A stretch of DNA of 64,000 nt, from positions 133,222 to 197,221 of the forward strand of contig CAVVHA010000012.1 of the NCBI GenBank assembly GCA_963747925.1. The letters run 5' to 3'. This DNA is from an uncultured Acidobacteriota bacterium. Its GTDB lineage: Bacteria; Acidobacteriota; Polarisedimenticolia; QHYA01; CAVVHA01. Position numbers and translations under genes: made by a program. This document shows, one piece after another, positions 62,402 through 64,000 of this stretch. Every line of letters begins with the position of its first letter. The first letter of the stretch is position 1. The notes under the pieces were generated by a model, which was given only the letters and a program-made list of their open reading frames with translations, did not search any database and was not told the origin of the DNA.

Positions 62402-63330
62402 ATGGAGATCGCGGTCCTCGGGAGCGGAAGCAGCGGCAACGCCACGATCGTCCGCTCCGGCGGGACCTCGATCCTCCTCGAGGCCGGGCTGTCGGCCCGG
62501 CAGATCACGCTGCGTGCCCGCGCCGCCGGCTTCGAGCCCGAGAAGATCTCCGCCATCTTCGTCTCCCACGCCCATGGCGACCACGTCCAGGGGGCGCCCG
62601 TCTTCTCGCGCCGCAACAGGGTCCCCGTCTTCATGACCGACGCCGCGCACGAGGAATGGTCGCGCGCCCGCTCGGGGCGCCTGCGCCGGGCGGTCCGCGC
62701 CGGGGCCCAGCGCGCCCGGGGAGGGCGGCGAGCGCGCGGTCGCGCGCGGGCGGTGAGGCCGCCCGGGGCGCCGCGGCCGCGGCCGCGCTGGGGGAAACGC
62801 TCCCGCTCTTCGGCGACGGCGCGGAGCCCGGCCTGCACGAGCGGGTTCCGCTCGAGGAGAGCGGCGTGGTGGAGCTCGGCCCCCTCCGGGTCCGCTCCTT
62901 TCCGCTGCCGCACGACGGCAGCGGCACGGTCGGCTACATCGTCGAGGCCCGGGGGATGCGCTTCGGCTACGTGACCGACCTCGGGCACGTCACGGCGCTC
63001 GTCGTCGAGCGCCTGAAGGGGTGCGACGCGCTGCTGGTCGAGATGAACCATGATCCGGACCTGCTGCGCGAGGGCCCCTATCCCTGGGACGTCAAGCAGC
63101 GGATCGCCTCGCGCCACGGGCACCTGTCCAACGAGCAGGGCGCGACGCTCCTCGAGCAGGTCCTTGGGCCCGACACGCGCTCGGTCACGCTGGGGCACCT
63201 GTCGGAGACGAACAACCAGCCCGCGATCGCTCTCGCCGCGGCGCGGCTGGTCCTGGACCGGGCGGGACGGGGCGGCGTGCGCCTCGCGGCGGCGGAGCAG
63301 CAACGCCCCTCGGAGAGGCTCGGACTGTGA
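62402..63330 (+). CDS. MBL-fold metallo-hydrolase (at least 2 frame switches)
   Basis: It begins MEIAVLGSGSSGNATIVRSGGTSILLEAGLS...IFVSHAHGDHVQG (HxHxDH), in the frame of ORF 62045..62974. It then continues in ORF 62656..63330 (FPLPHDGSGTVGYIV...YVTDLGH...LLVEMNHD...ASRHGHLSNEQ). Switches lie around 62715-62755. Confidence 0.8.
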
Positions 63331-63349
63331 ACGGCAGGAGGAACCGATC

Positions 63350-64000
63350 GTGATCCCGAGGTACACGCGGCCCGCGATGGGCGGCATCTGGTCGGAGGAG
63401 AACAAGTACCGTCTCTGGCTGAAGGTCGAGCTGGCCGCCTGCGAGGCGCTCGCCGCGCGGGGCGGGATCCCGGCGAAGTCGCTCGCGACGATCAAGCGCC
63501 GCGCCGGCTTCGACGCGGCCGAGATCGCCGAGATCGAGGCGACCGTCCGCCACGACGTCATCGCCTTCCTGACCACCGTCGCGCGGCGCGTCGGCCCCGA
63601 CTCGAGGTTCATCCACCTCGGCCTGACCTCGAGCGACGTCGTGGACACGGCGCTCGCCCTGCAGATGATCGAGGCGGCCGACCAGCTGATCGCGGGCGTG
63701 GACCGGCTGATGCTGGCCCTGAAGCGGCGGGCGCTCGAGCACGAGCGGACCGTCATGATCGGCCGCACCCACGGCATCCACGCCGAGCCGATCACCTTCG
63801 GGCTGAAGCTCGCGCTGTGGTACGCGGAGATGGAGCGCAACCGCGGGCGCCTCGTCCGGGCCCGCGAGGGGGTCCGGGTCGGGAAGCTGTCGGGGGCGGT
63901 CGGCACCTTCGCGCACAACGATCCCGCGGTCGAGGCCGACGTCTGCCGGCGCCTGGGCCTCGCCGCCGACCCGATCGCGAACCAGGTGATCCAGCGCGAC
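63350..64000 (+). CDS. purB: adenylosuccinate lyase, N-terminal 217 codons (runs off the window; not in the ORF track)
   Basis: GTG 63350 follows RBS ggcaggagg. It reads VIPRYTRPAMGGIWSEENKYRLWLKVELAACEAL...IHLGLTSSDVVDTALALQM...MIGRTHGIHAEPITFGLKLALWY...VGKLSGAVGTF, with no stop to nt 64000. Confidence 0.9.
   Translation, partial: MIPRYTRPAMGGIWSEENKYRLWLKVELAACEALAARGGIPAKSLATIKRRAGFDAAEIAEIEATVRHDVIAFLTTVARRVGPDSRFIHLGLTSSDVVDTALALQMIEAADQLIAGVDRLMLALKRRALEHERTVMIGRTHGIHAEPITFGLKLALWYAEMERNRGRLVRAREGVRVGKLSGAVGTFAHNDPAVEADVCRRLGLAADPIANQVIQRD

Overview
This is a very GC-rich bacterial chromosomal segment; third codon positions are almost always G/C. The gene content (CarboxypepD_reg-type TonB-dependent receptors, a WD40/STAND Ser/Thr kinase, many envelope-glycosylation genes) is reminiscent of Acidobacteriota, but that is only an inference. 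I recognise about 50 protein genes and one tRNA-Leu(CAA). I found no rRNA, no CRISPR array and no intact mobile element.

Layout:
- 0-7.5 kb: membrane and transport genes.
- 7.9-17.8 kb: two paralogous TonB-dependent receptors flanking a giant kinase-NTPase-beta-propeller gene.
- 18-22.4 kb: ackA, a HEAT-repeat protein and an unnamed ~26-aa-repeat secreted protein (paralog at 32.1-34.3 kb).
- 23-31 kb: envelope-modification cluster (sulfatase-like enzyme, two large polytopic membrane proteins, GT-B glycosyltransferase, GNAT).
- 34.8-37 kb: HprK-related kinase and SAM methyltransferase next to tRNA-Leu.
- 37.2-46.6 kb: housekeeping genes (carD, NFACT/RqcH-like, nrdR, hsp20, lon, thiL).
- 46.6-60.6 kb: an ECF-sigma-headed, atypical type IV filament/T2SS-like cluster whose secretin carries a C-terminal cohesin-like domain. 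This is my top candidate for an undescribed system.
- 60.7-64 kb: M16 peptidase, dut, MBL hydrolase, purB.

Key caveat: about two thirds of the genes are broken by 1-nt frame switches. I counted roughly 70 by hand (not computed); several sit at G/C homopolymers, and there is also one in-frame TAG. The ORF track therefore fragments real genes and also lists many long spurious shadow ORFs. Gene spans below are my reconstructions across frame switches, and switch positions are approximate (about +-20 nt).
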